Positions 9,628-18,323 of a stretch of 63,455 bases of DNA are shown one piece after another. Within the stretch, counting starts at the first letter, position 1, and each line of letters opens with the position of its first letter. Location: the NCBI GenBank assembly GCA_041181065.1, contig JBEGQI010000204.1, positions 1-63,455 of the forward strand, read 5' to 3'. The translations under genes were made by a program, and so were the position numbers. This DNA is from Verrucomicrobiota bacterium. GTDB taxonomy: Bacteria; Verrucomicrobiota; Verrucomicrobiia; Limisphaerales; DSYF01. The notes under the pieces are model-generated. The model was not told the DNA's origin, ran no database searches, and worked only from the letters and a program-made list of their open reading frames with translations.

Positions 9628-10755
9628 GTGTTCGAACTTTTAAAGACCGATTCGTCCTCGAAGGCGCGGCTCGGGCGGCTGACCACGACGCATGGCGTCG
9701 TGGAGACGCCCGTGTTTATGTCCGTCGGCACGCAGGCCAGCGTGAAGGCCATCGACCCGCGCGAGCTGGACGAGATGGGCACGCAGATCATCCTCGGCAA
9801 CACCTACCATCTCAACATCCGCCCTGGCATGGAGATCATTCGTGCGGCGGGCGGGTTGCACAAATTCATGAATTGGGACAAGCCCATCCTCACCGACAGC
9901 GGCGGGTTCCAAGTCTTCAGCCTCGCGCAGATCCGCAAGGTCAAGGCGCACGGCGTTGAGTTCCGTTCGCATCTCGACGGCTCGTTGCTGTTTCTCGGGC
10001 CGAAGGAATCCATGGAGATTCAGCGCACGCTCGGCTCGGATATCGCGATGGTGTTCGACGAATGCCCGCCGCACGACGCACCCGCGAAGGATTTGAAAGC
10101 CGCCGTCGAACGCACGATCCGTTGGGCCAAGGAATGTCGCGAACAACCGCGCGCCGACGGGCAACTCATCTTTGGCATCGTGCAAGGCAGCAGCGACGCA
10201 CACATGCGTGAGCATTGCGCAAAGGCCATCACGGCGCTCGGCTTCGATGGTTACGCCATCGGCGGCGTGAGCGTTGGCGAACCGGAACCAGAAATGATGC
10301 GCGCGGTGGAGCTGGCCGAACCGTTTCTGCCGGCGAACCAAGCGCGTTATGCGATGGGTCTTGGCACCCCGGCGCAGATGGTGGAGATCATCGCGCGCGG
10401 CGTGGACATGTTCGATTGCGTGTTGCCGACGCGCGTCGCCCGCAACGGCACGGTCTTCACTTACAAGGGCGCCTACGTGTTGAAAGGCGGCCAATACAAG
10501 GCCGACTTCCGGCCCATCGAGGAAGGCTGCGATTGCTTCGCCTGCCAGCGCTTCACCCGCGCCTACCTGCGCCATCTCCTTAACGTCGGCGAAATCCTCG
10601 GGGCGCGGATGTTGAGCGTGCACAACACCCACATGTTTCTGCGGTTGATGCGCGATGTCCGGTCGCATCTGGCGGCGGGAACGTTCGGTGAGTTCCGGCG
10701 TGAGTTCATCGCGAACTATGTCCCCTCCCGCAAGGTGCTGGCCGAGCGCAAATAG
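9628..10755 (+). CDS. tgt: tRNA-guanine transglycosylase
   Basis: [36 protein letters not shown]-x-C-x2-C Zn site; GTG start. Confidence 0.97.
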   Translation: MFELLKTDSSSKARLGRLTTTHGVVETPVFMSVGTQASVKAIDPRELDEMGTQIILGNTYHLNIRPGMEIIRAAGGLHKFMNWDKPILTDSGGFQVFSLAQIRKVKAHGVEFRSHLDGSLLFLGPKESMEIQRTLGSDIAMVFDECPPHDAPAKDLKAAVERTIRWAKECREQPRADGQLIFGIVQGSSDAHMREHCAKAITALGFDGYAIGGVSVGEPEPEMMRAVELAEPFLPANQARYAMGLGTPAQMVEIIARGVDMFDCVLPTRVARNGTVFTYKGAYVLKGGQYKADFRPIEEGCDCFACQRFTRAYLRHLLNVGEILGARMLSVHNTHMFLRLMRDVRSHLAAGTFGEFRREFIANYVPSRKVLAERK

Positions 10756-10992
10756 TCCGCCCCGCAGCCGCGCCACAGGTCCGGTCAACCCATCGACAGC
10801 GCACACTCGACACTTGGCGCTGCCGTGAATAAGTTTTCACCAAAAATTGCTTGGCAATTTCCGTGAATAAGGCATACCAAGTCCGGGTCAATTTTAGGGT
10901 CGCAGTAATTTTTTAGCCGAACCGCCTGGGCGCTTCCTTCCTCACGACCAAGCAGTATTGGTGTAGTCCATTGGTGTATCCCTGTGCCGTGA

Positions 10993-11712
10993 ATGAACGC
11001 GCTATTCTTTTTTGCCACCGCGAATAACGAGCTTGAGCTGCTCTACATCTGGCGTCTCGCCCGACCGGAAGCCAAGATCATCATCGTTTGTCTCGCCATC
11101 TTCTCCATCATGGCGTGGTCCGTGATGGTCCGCAAAGCCATCCAGATGAGCCGGGCCAAGAAGCTCAACGGCTTCTTCAACGCCGAATTCCGCAACCAGA
11201 AGCATGTCCTCGACATCTTTGACCGGAAACTTGAGGTCGATGCCTGTCCGCTCTTCGTCGTCTATCGGGCAGGCAGCAGCGAACTGGATGCCCGGCTGAA
11301 AACTCCCGACGGGCAAGGTCGCAAAAAGTCCGTCTCACTCAAAAGCATCGAGCACGTGAAACGTCTTTTGGAAAACGCTGTGGCGCAGGAATCGTTGAAG
11401 CTGGAATCCGGCCTCATCCTGCTGGCCATTGCCGTCAGCGGCGGACCGTTCCTCGGCCTGCTCGGCACGGTCTGGGGCGTGATGAGCACTTTTGCGGGCA
11501 TCGCGAAGGAAGGCAGCGCCTCGCTGAATGCCATGGCACCCGGTGTTTCTGCCGCACTGGTCACGACAGTCGCCGGCCTCTTGGTCGCAATCCCCTCGAT
11601 GTTCGCCTACAATTACCTCGTCCATAACCTGCGCGTCCTGTCGGTCGAACTGGACAACTATGCGCAGGAGCTGATCTCCAAGATGGAGACGGAATATCTC
11701 GCTGACGAATAA
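10993..11712 (+). CDS. tolQ: TolQ (MotA/TolQ/ExbB family)
   Basis: GPFLGLLGTVWGVM, APGVSAALVTTVAGL; first gene of the tol-pal cluster. Confidence 0.9.
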   Translation: MNALFFFATANNELELLYIWRLARPEAKIIIVCLAIFSIMAWSVMVRKAIQMSRAKKLNGFFNAEFRNQKHVLDIFDRKLEVDACPLFVVYRAGSSELDARLKTPDGQGRKKSVSLKSIEHVKRLLENAVAQESLKLESGLILLAIAVSGGPFLGLLGTVWGVMSTFAGIAKEGSASLNAMAPGVSAALVTTVAGLLVAIPSMFAYNYLVHNLRVLSVELDNYAQELISKMETEYLADE

Positions 11713-11714
11713 CC

Positions 11715-12137
11715 ATGCGCCGCTTCTCCCAACGCTCGCATCTCGTGACGCTGAACGAGATCAACATCACGCCGCTACTCGATCTGGCGTTCGTGTTGTT
11801 GATCATCTTCGTCATCACGACGCCGTTGTTGGAGAATGGCATGAACCTCAAGCTGCCCAAATCGGATTCCCGCTCCGATCGCCCTGTTTCCAAGACCGAC
11901 ATCCGCACCGTGGAAGTCAGCGCGCAAGGCAGCTACATGCTGGACACCAAACGGCTGAGCATCGACGAAGTGGAACGCCAGTTGATCGCCGCTTGGAGAG
12001 CGAACACCAACACCGTCGTTTACATCCGGGCCGACGAGAATGGCCGGAACAAAGACCTTTACGAGATCATCAACCGTTGCCAGCGAAATGGCATCACCCG
12101 CTTCTCGCTGCGCACGGAACCCAAGGAGCGACGTTGA
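11715..12137 (+). CDS. tolR: TolR (ExbD/TolR family)
   Basis: EINITPLLDLAFVLLIIF, YIRAD. Confidence 0.9.
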   Translation: MRRFSQRSHLVTLNEINITPLLDLAFVLLIIFVITTPLLENGMNLKLPKSDSRSDRPVSKTDIRTVEVSAQGSYMLDTKRLSIDEVERQLIAAWRANTNTVVYIRADENGRNKDLYEIINRCQRNGITRFSLRTEPKERR

Positions 12138-12138
12138 T

Positions 12139-13044
12139 ATGGACCGCCTCACGAAGAAATGCTTCCTCGGCTCCGGCATCGTGCACGGCACCTTGGTGTT
12201 GCTGCTCATTGTCGGCCCCGCGTTGATGCCCTCGGACAGCAGCAAGGTGGACCAGTCGCAGATCTTGACGGTGATTCCCGACGTGGCGCTCTCGTCCGGT
12301 GCAACGGTCATGGGCTTCGGCACACCCAACGGTGGCAAGGCCGACCCAACGCCGCCGCCCAAAGTTCAAGTGGTGGAACCCAAACCGCCGGTGCCGCCGC
12401 CCGTCACGCGCGTCGAACCGCCGAAAGATAAACCGGTCACACCGCCCAAAACCAACGACCGCGACATCAAGGACGCGCCCAAGAACCCGACCCGCGACCC
12501 GGATGCGCTCGAATCGAACAAGTCGAAGAAGCCGCTGGTGGACGTGAAGAATTTGGTCGTGCGCGACCCTTCAAAGACGAAGCCCACCGCCAACAAGACG
12601 GCGGATACGACAGCCGCTGACGAATCCCGTGCCCGCGCCGAGGCCAAGCGCCGCGCGGACATCATCAACGCCGCCGCCGGCAGCATCCGCAGCGGGGCAT
12701 CCACGGGCGTCGAGGTCGGACCGGTAGGTCTCCCAACTGGCAGCGGGCCGAGCGTCGGCGCGTTTGGCGACATCCTGCGCACGATCTATTTCAACAACTG
12801 GCACGAACCGAGCGATGCCACGTCGGAAGATGCCGTGGTTCGCGTCACCGTAACTATCGCCCGCGATGGCTCGGTGATTTCGGGCCGCATCACCAAATCC
12901 TCCGGCGACCCCGCCGTGGATCGCACTGTCGAGCAGACGCTCCGCAACGTCACCTACGTCAAACCCTTTCCGGCGGACTGGAAGGAAAGCCAGCGCCAGT
13001 TCCAACTCAACTTCAGTCTCAAGGCCAAACGTTCCCAAGGTTAA
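12139..13044 (+). CDS. tolA: TolA / TonB-C-terminal-domain protein
   Basis: N-terminal TM helix with His, Pro/Lys-rich linker, I.RDG.V...SSG...D C-terminal domain; lies between tolR and tolB. Confidence 0.8.
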   Translation: MDRLTKKCFLGSGIVHGTLVLLLIVGPALMPSDSSKVDQSQILTVIPDVALSSGATVMGFGTPNGGKADPTPPPKVQVVEPKPPVPPPVTRVEPPKDKPVTPPKTNDRDIKDAPKNPTRDPDALESNKSKKPLVDVKNLVVRDPSKTKPTANKTADTTAADESRARAEAKRRADIINAAAGSIRSGASTGVEVGPVGLPTGSGPSVGAFGDILRTIYFNNWHEPSDATSEDAVVRVTVTIARDGSVISGRITKSSGDPAVDRTVEQTLRNVTYVKPFPADWKESQRQFQLNFSLKAKRSQG

Positions 13045-13045
13045 A

Positions 13046-14251
13046 ATGAAATCGTTCCTGAAACTCAGCCTCATTGCCGCGCTCGCATTCGCCACGGTTG
13101 CCCGCGCAGAGGACGTCATCGAAATCTCCAAGACCTACGTCCCCGGCAGCACGCCGCCCATCAAGGTCAACATCTCCGGCTTCACCGGCGAAGTGAACGA
13201 GGTGTTGAACTTCGACCTCTACGTCATGGGTTTCATCAACGTCCCGGCGGATCAGGCGCAATTCCTCATCTCGGGCAGCAACAACGGCAGCGTGCAAGGC
13301 ACCGTGACCGACCGCGCCGTGGCCAGCGTCAGCACCGGCGCCGGCAATGTGAACCGCGTCACGGGTTACACCCGGCTCAACAAGGCTTACACCGGCGGCT
13401 CGCTCCGTCGTCAAGCGCACGCCTTCGCCGATGACATCGTGCTCACGCTGACCGGCACCAAGGGCATCGCGCAAACGAAGATCGCTTTCAAGTCCGCCGC
13501 CGCCGGCAGCGGCGAGATCTACGTCAGCGACTTCGACGGCCACAATGCCCAGGCCGTCACGCACGACGGTGCCATCGTCGCAGCGCCCACATGGGTCCCC
13601 GGCCGGCTCGCGCTTTACTACACCAGCTATCGCCTCGGCAGCCCGAACATCTTCCATCACGACCTCAGCAGCGGTTCGCGCAATGCGTTCGCGCGTTATC
13701 CGGGCATGAGCACCTCCGCGGCGGTTTCACCCGATGGTTCACGCGTGGCGATGATCCTCGATAAGAGCGGCAACCCGGAACTCTGGGTCTGCAACGCGGA
13801 TGGCAGTGGTTTGAAACAATTGACCCGCACGCCCGAGGATGAATCCTCGCCGTGCTGGTCGCCGGACGGGAAATGGATTTGTTATGCCGGAAAACAAGGA
13901 GGGGTGCGTGGTCTCTACAAGGTGTCCGCCTCAGGTGGGGCGGCGCAGCGCATCTACACGAGAGGGGCGCCGAACCCGAGCGAGCCAGATTGGTCGCCGG
14001 ACGGCAAGTGGATCGTGTTCACGTCGCAGACTGGAGGGTTCCAGATCCACGTCGTGCCTGCGGAAGGTGGAACCTCCACCTTGCTGGTCGATGGCGAGGA
14101 TCCGTCGTGGGCGCCGAACTCGCGCACGGTGGTTTTCGCCAAGCGCAGCGGGGGTTCGCGCCGTCTCTCTTTGCTTGACGTGCCTACCAAACAAGTCAAG
14201 GATGCGGCCCGAATTTCGGGCAGCAATTCACAACCCAGTTGGGCCAAATGA
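13046..14251 (+). CDS. tolB: TolB beta-propeller protein
   Basis: Signal peptide, RRQAHAFAD, repeated P.WSPDG motifs. Confidence 0.92.
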   Translation: MKSFLKLSLIAALAFATVARAEDVIEISKTYVPGSTPPIKVNISGFTGEVNEVLNFDLYVMGFINVPADQAQFLISGSNNGSVQGTVTDRAVASVSTGAGNVNRVTGYTRLNKAYTGGSLRRQAHAFADDIVLTLTGTKGIAQTKIAFKSAAAGSGEIYVSDFDGHNAQAVTHDGAIVAAPTWVPGRLALYYTSYRLGSPNIFHHDLSSGSRNAFARYPGMSTSAAVSPDGSRVAMILDKSGNPELWVCNADGSGLKQLTRTPEDESSPCWSPDGKWICYAGKQGGVRGLYKVSASGGAAQRIYTRGAPNPSEPDWSPDGKWIVFTSQTGGFQIHVVPAEGGTSTLLVDGEDPSWAPNSRTVVFAKRSGGSRRLSLLDVPTKQVKDAARISGSNSQPSWAK

Positions 14252-14280
14252 CGGCCCTGCCCTAACGAAAGTCTGATACC

Positions 14281-14880
14281 ATGAAACTCATCAAACTGAC
14301 CGCAATGCTGGCGCTCGCGCTGGCGATGACCTTTGCTGCCACTGGTTGCAAACGCAAAGTATTGAATCCGACGCCGCTGCCCGGCCAACGCGCTGGCACC
14401 CCCGGCGGCACCGGCCCGCAATTCGGCGGCGACACCGGAGTTCCGCTCCGCCAAGACGATTCAGCCATTGGCAAGCAGCCCGGCGGTGGCGAACTGCCCA
14501 CCAACTGGAGCCGCGAGACGGTGAACACCGATGCCGCCCGCTTCGAAGCGCAGACCGTTTACTTCGCGCTCGACAGCCACCAGGTCCGCGACACCGAACG
14601 CATGAAGCTTGAAACCGTCGCTGCCGCGATGAACAGCCAGCCGAATCTGCTGCTCATCATCGAAGGCCATTGCGACGAACGCGGCACGGAAGAATACAAT
14701 CGCGCCCTCGGCTCCCAACGCGCCCTCTCCCTCCGCGAGGAGCTCGTGAAAGCCGGCATCAGCGGCCAGCGCATCCTCACCGAGACCTACGGTGAAGATC
14801 GTCCCGCCGTCCAAGGCCACAACGAAGCCGCATGGAGCAAGAACCGCCGCGGCGCGTTCATCGCCGCCACGCCTAAGTAA
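14281..14880 (+). CDS. pal: Peptidoglycan-associated lipoprotein
   Basis: Lipobox-like ATGC; IEGHCDERGTEEYNRALG, YGEDRP, WSKNRR. Confidence 0.95.
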   Translation: MKLIKLTAMLALALAMTFAATGCKRKVLNPTPLPGQRAGTPGGTGPQFGGDTGVPLRQDDSAIGKQPGGGELPTNWSRETVNTDAARFEAQTVYFALDSHQVRDTERMKLETVAAAMNSQPNLLLIIEGHCDERGTEEYNRALGSQRALSLREELVKAGISGQRILTETYGEDRPAVQGHNEAAWSKNRRGAFIAATPK

Positions 14881-14898
14881 CTGTCCGCTTTTCGTTCC

Positions 14899-14934
14899 AG
14901 CGCGCTTCCGCAAGGGAGCGCGCTTTTGCTTTTT
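14899..14934 (+). terminator. Rho-independent terminator after pal
   Basis: AGCGCGCTTCC-GCAA-GGGAGCGCGCT followed by TTTGCTTTTT. Confidence 0.85.
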
Positions 14935-15000
14935 GCCGGATGAAATTTGTCCGCCTTCGCCCTTGAACTTTTTCTTTGCCCCGCCATCTTCTGCGCCGCC

Positions 15001-15891
15001 ATGAGCGCACAGCCACTTCTTCAACTCGATTTGCCCGGCATCAAGAAGATCAAGAGCGGCAAAGTCCGCGAAATCTTCGACCTTGCCCACGCCTTCCTCC
15101 TCGTCGCCAGCGACCGCATCTCCGCGTTCGACGTCATCATGCCCAACGGCATCCCGCGCAAAGGCGAAGTGCTCACGCAAATTTCCCATTTCTGGTTCGA
15201 GAAATTTTCCACGCTCGTGCCGAATCACCTGCTCGCCGGCGCGAACGACCCGTTGCCCGCGAACCTGCAACCCTTCGCCGACAAACTCGCGCGCCGTTGC
15301 ATGATCGTGAAGAAGGCCAAGCCGCTCGCCATCGAGTGCATCGTGCGCGGCTACCTCAGCGGCTCCGGTTGGAAAGAATATAAGAAGTCGCAGACCGTCT
15401 GCGGCATCCAGTTGCCCGCCGGCTTGACGGAATCCGCCGAGCTGCCCGAACCCATCTTCACGCCCTCGACGAAAGCGGAAGCTGGTCACGACGAGAACAT
15501 CTCGTTCGAGCAGGCGAAGGAAATCGTCGGCGCGGACCTCGCCACGCAGGCGCGCGACCTGAGCCTGAAGATCTACAAAGCTGGACGCGATTACGCCCGC
15601 CAGCGCGGCATCATCATCGCCGACACGAAATTCGAGTTCGGCGTGTTCGAGGGAAAGCTCATCCTGATCGACGAAGTGCTGACACCCGATTCCTCGCGCT
15701 TCTGGCCCGCCGACCAATACGCGCCCGGCAAAGGCCAGCCCAGCTTCGACAAGCAATTCGTCCGCGACTACCTCGAAACTCTTACGTGGGATAAAACCCC
15801 GCCGGGTCCGGCGCTGCCCGCCGATGTCGTGGACAAAACCTCCGCGAAATATCTCGAAGCCTACGAGCGGTTGACGGGCAAGAAGCTCTAA
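15001..15891 (+). CDS. purC: SAICAR synthetase
   Basis: GKVREIF, SDRISAFD, IADTKFEFG, DEVLTPDSSRFW, SFDKQFVR. Confidence 0.97.
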   Translation: MSAQPLLQLDLPGIKKIKSGKVREIFDLAHAFLLVASDRISAFDVIMPNGIPRKGEVLTQISHFWFEKFSTLVPNHLLAGANDPLPANLQPFADKLARRCMIVKKAKPLAIECIVRGYLSGSGWKEYKKSQTVCGIQLPAGLTESAELPEPIFTPSTKAEAGHDENISFEQAKEIVGADLATQARDLSLKIYKAGRDYARQRGIIIADTKFEFGVFEGKLILIDEVLTPDSSRFWPADQYAPGKGQPSFDKQFVRDYLETLTWDKTPPGPALPADVVDKTSAKYLEAYERLTGKKL

Positions 15892-16373
15892 GCAGAGGCG
15901 GCACTCAGCAACGCCGCCAATTTCTCCAACCCCGCTTGATCCGCCGCGTCGAAGCGATTGCGCTTCGGGCTATCGAGGTCGAGCACGCCGAGCAACTGCC
16001 CGTCCTTCACCAGCGGCACAACAATCTCTGATTGCGAAGCGGCGTCGCAGGCGATGTGGCCGGGGAATTCGTGCACGTTCGGCACGAGCACGGTCTTGCG
16101 TGAGGCCGCCGCCGTGCCGCAGACGCCTTTGCCCAGCTTGATGCGCACACACGCGGGCTTGCCTTGGAAGGGACCGAGCACGAGTTCACCGTCCACGAGC
16201 CGATAAACACCAGCCCAGTTCAAATCCGGCAGCGAATGCCAGAGCAACGCGGCGGCGTTGGCGCAGTTCGCGATGAAGTCGCGCTCGCCGTGTAACAGTG
16301 CGCGCAATTGCTGCTCCAATGCCACGTAACCCGCAGCCTTGTCCAAGAAATCCATCGGCTTCAATTCGAACAT
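15888..16373 (-). CDS. msrC: GAF-domain free methionine-(R)-sulfoxide reductase
   Basis: NWAGVY, LGPFQGKPAC, GVCG, FPGHIACD, SEIVVP, LDLDSP. Confidence 0.9.
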   Translation of the reverse strand: MFELKPMDFLDKAAGYVALEQQLRALLHGERDFIANCANAAALLWHSLPDLNWAGVYRLVDGELVLGPFQGKPACVRIKLGKGVCGTAAASRKTVLVPNVHEFPGHIACDAASQSEIVVPLVKDGQLLGVLDLDSPKRNRFDAADQAGLEKLAALLSAASA

Positions 16374-16473
16374 GCCCGCAATGTGCGAAGCGGCTTTGGC
16401 CCCGTCCATTTCAATCTCTAGCCAGGTCCCGGCTTGCAGCCGATAGCATTTCCCGCGAACACTTTGCCTCGCC

Positions 16474-17028
16474 ATGCGGAACAAGAACCATATCGAGCTG
16501 CGCGGGAAGAAGGTGTTGTTGCGCCCACCGACCATGAAAGATTTTCGCGAGTTCGCGGCGATGTCAAAAGCGAGCCGGGCCGCGTTCCGGACCCTGGCCA
16601 CGACCCATTTCACACGCCAGCGGTTCGCCGAATGGATTGGTAATTGGAAACGAGACGACGCGCGCACTTTTCTCATCTGCCGCCAGCCCGACGGCGTGAT
16701 CGTCGGCAGCATGGGCTTGTTCAACATCGTCCGCCGGCAGGTGAAGACTTCGTTCATCGGCTACTCCGTTGGCGCGGCGCACCAGCGACAGGGCTACGCC
16801 ACCGAAGCTCTGCAACTCGTGTTGCGCTTCGCATTCCGAAAACTCCGGCTGCATCGCGTCGAGGCCAGCATCCAGCCACGCAATAAACCTTCGCGTGCGC
16901 TGGTCAAACGAGCCGGCTTCCAATGTGAAGGCTTGTCGCAGCGGCTCGTGAAGATCGGCGGACGCTGGCGGGACCACGAGCGTTGGGCCATCCTTGCCGA
17001 GGACTGGCGGCCCTTGCGCCGCAAGTAA
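16474..17028 (+). CDS. RimJ/RimL-family GNAT N-acetyltransferase
   Basis: QGYATEAL, LHRVEASIQPRN.PS, WRDHERW. Confidence 0.9.
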   Translation: MRNKNHIELRGKKVLLRPPTMKDFREFAAMSKASRAAFRTLATTHFTRQRFAEWIGNWKRDDARTFLICRQPDGVIVGSMGLFNIVRRQVKTSFIGYSVGAAHQRQGYATEALQLVLRFAFRKLRLHRVEASIQPRNKPSRALVKRAGFQCEGLSQRLVKIGGRWRDHERWAILAEDWRPLRRK

Positions 17029-17029
17029 G

Positions 17030-17950
17030 ATGCAAGCGCTTGTCGAAGATTTCCTCGTTTACCTGCGGCACGAACGCGGGCAGGCGGAGCACACGCAACG
17101 CACCTACGCCGCGTTGCTCGGCAAGTTCACCACCTGGGCGGAGTCGCAAGGGCTGACGGATTGGCAGCAGGTCGAGTTGTCGCACCTGATGAGGTTCCTC
17201 GAGCACGAACGCGAACGTCCGCTGGCGGACGAGCCCAAGGAATCCACCAAACGCCTCAGCAGCGAGAGCGTCTATCTGGAGATCGCCGCGCTCCGGGCGT
17301 TCTATCGGTTCGCCGAGAACGAAAAACATATCCCGCTCAACATCGCCGAGAACCTGGCGTTGCCGCGACGCTGGAAACGCCTGCCGAAAGCGCTGAACAA
17401 CTCGGAGATCAACCAACTGCTGGAACCCGAGTCCCCCGCCACGCCCGTGACGCTCTGCGATCAAGCCGTGCTCGAACTCGCCTACGCCTCCGGCCTGCGT
17501 CTGGCCGAGCTACGCGGCCTGCGCCTCGAACAGCTCCATCTTGAAGCCGGGTTCATCAATGTCATCGGCAAGGGCAACAAAGAGCGCGTCGTGCCCGTCG
17601 GCCGGAATGCGTTGGAAGCGATGAACCGTTACCTCGACGCCGGGCGACCCAAGCTCGTCACGCCCCGTTCGCCCGCGAACGTGTTCCTCACGCAACGCGG
17701 CACCTCCTTCGCCGCCGTCACCATGTGGAAGCGCATCAAGGACCGCGTCCGCCGCTCGGGCGTCGAGCGCAATGTCACGCCGCACATGTTGCGGCACAGC
17801 TTTGCGACGCACCTGCTGGAGCACGGCGCCGACCTGCGCGTCATCCAGGAATTGCTCGGACACGCCACCATCAGCACCACGCAGGTTTACACGCACGTCT
17901 CGGGCAGCCGCCTGCGCGACGTGCACCGCCGGTTTCATCCGCGCGGATAA
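17030..17950 (+). CDS. xerD: Site-specific tyrosine recombinase XerD/XerC type
   Basis: YASGLRLAEL, GKGNKERVVP, TPHMLRHSFATHLL, LGHATISTTQVYTH. Confidence 0.85.
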   Translation: MQALVEDFLVYLRHERGQAEHTQRTYAALLGKFTTWAESQGLTDWQQVELSHLMRFLEHERERPLADEPKESTKRLSSESVYLEIAALRAFYRFAENEKHIPLNIAENLALPRRWKRLPKALNNSEINQLLEPESPATPVTLCDQAVLELAYASGLRLAELRGLRLEQLHLEAGFINVIGKGNKERVVPVGRNALEAMNRYLDAGRPKLVTPRSPANVFLTQRGTSFAAVTMWKRIKDRVRRSGVERNVTPHMLRHSFATHLLEHGADLRVIQELLGHATISTTQVYTHVSGSRLRDVHRRFHPRG

Positions 17951-18004
17951 AGCAAGAATCCCATTTGCATAACCCGCCTTCCCGGTGCACTGTGTGCGCG
18001 AAGA

Positions 18005-18032
18005 GGCGCTGGCATGACAACATGCCAGCGCC
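18005..18032 (+). terminator. Perfect 12-bp hairpin downstream of xerD (terminator-like)
   Basis: GGCGCTGGCATG-ACAA-CATGCCAGCGCC followed by a weak T tract (GCTTTCGTT). Confidence 0.55.
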
Positions 18033-18064
18033 GCTTTCGTTAGAATCGTTAAATTGCTGACCTT

Positions 18065-18289
18065 CACCGGCCGGTGTTCATGACGCGGCGGACGGCAGAC
18101 CTCTCCCGATCTCTGGAGGATGGGAGCAGGCGCAACAGTCCGCCAGCCAGCCTCCGATCCCATCATGCGGCGCCTCACGCAGGCATGATCCAGTAGCAGT
18201 TCATGGCCTGCACCATTGCGGTCCGTTCTGCCGCGATTCGCAGGCTCTCCTCGGATGCAAAAGCCCACTCAGGGCTTCGTGTAGTCATG
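18065..18289 (+). ncRNA. Candidate structured RNA or 5' leader of unknown family
   Basis: Eight mutually nested 5-7 bp helices in a non-coding gap (see findings); no known family recognised. Confidence 0.3.
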
Positions 18290-18323
18290 CCCCGACCGCG
18301 CGGGTCGCTTTGCTGGCATTGCC

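Noticed and set aside
14461..15756. 431-aa minus-strand ORF, and similar long antisense ORFs at 9640-10806, 44507-45850 and 56004-57476
   Set aside because: They overlap well-supported genes on the opposite strand, have no motifs, and are expected at high GC3
17030..17950. Tyrosine recombinase as a phage or island integrase
   Set aside because: Size and motifs fit housekeeping XerC/D; no att site, tRNA or mobile cargo adjacent
18094..18137. c-di-GMP-I riboswitch resemblance (GGCAGACC...GGCGCAA)
   Set aside because: No GNRA tetraloop/receptor or second conserved stem; kept only as an unknown structured candidate
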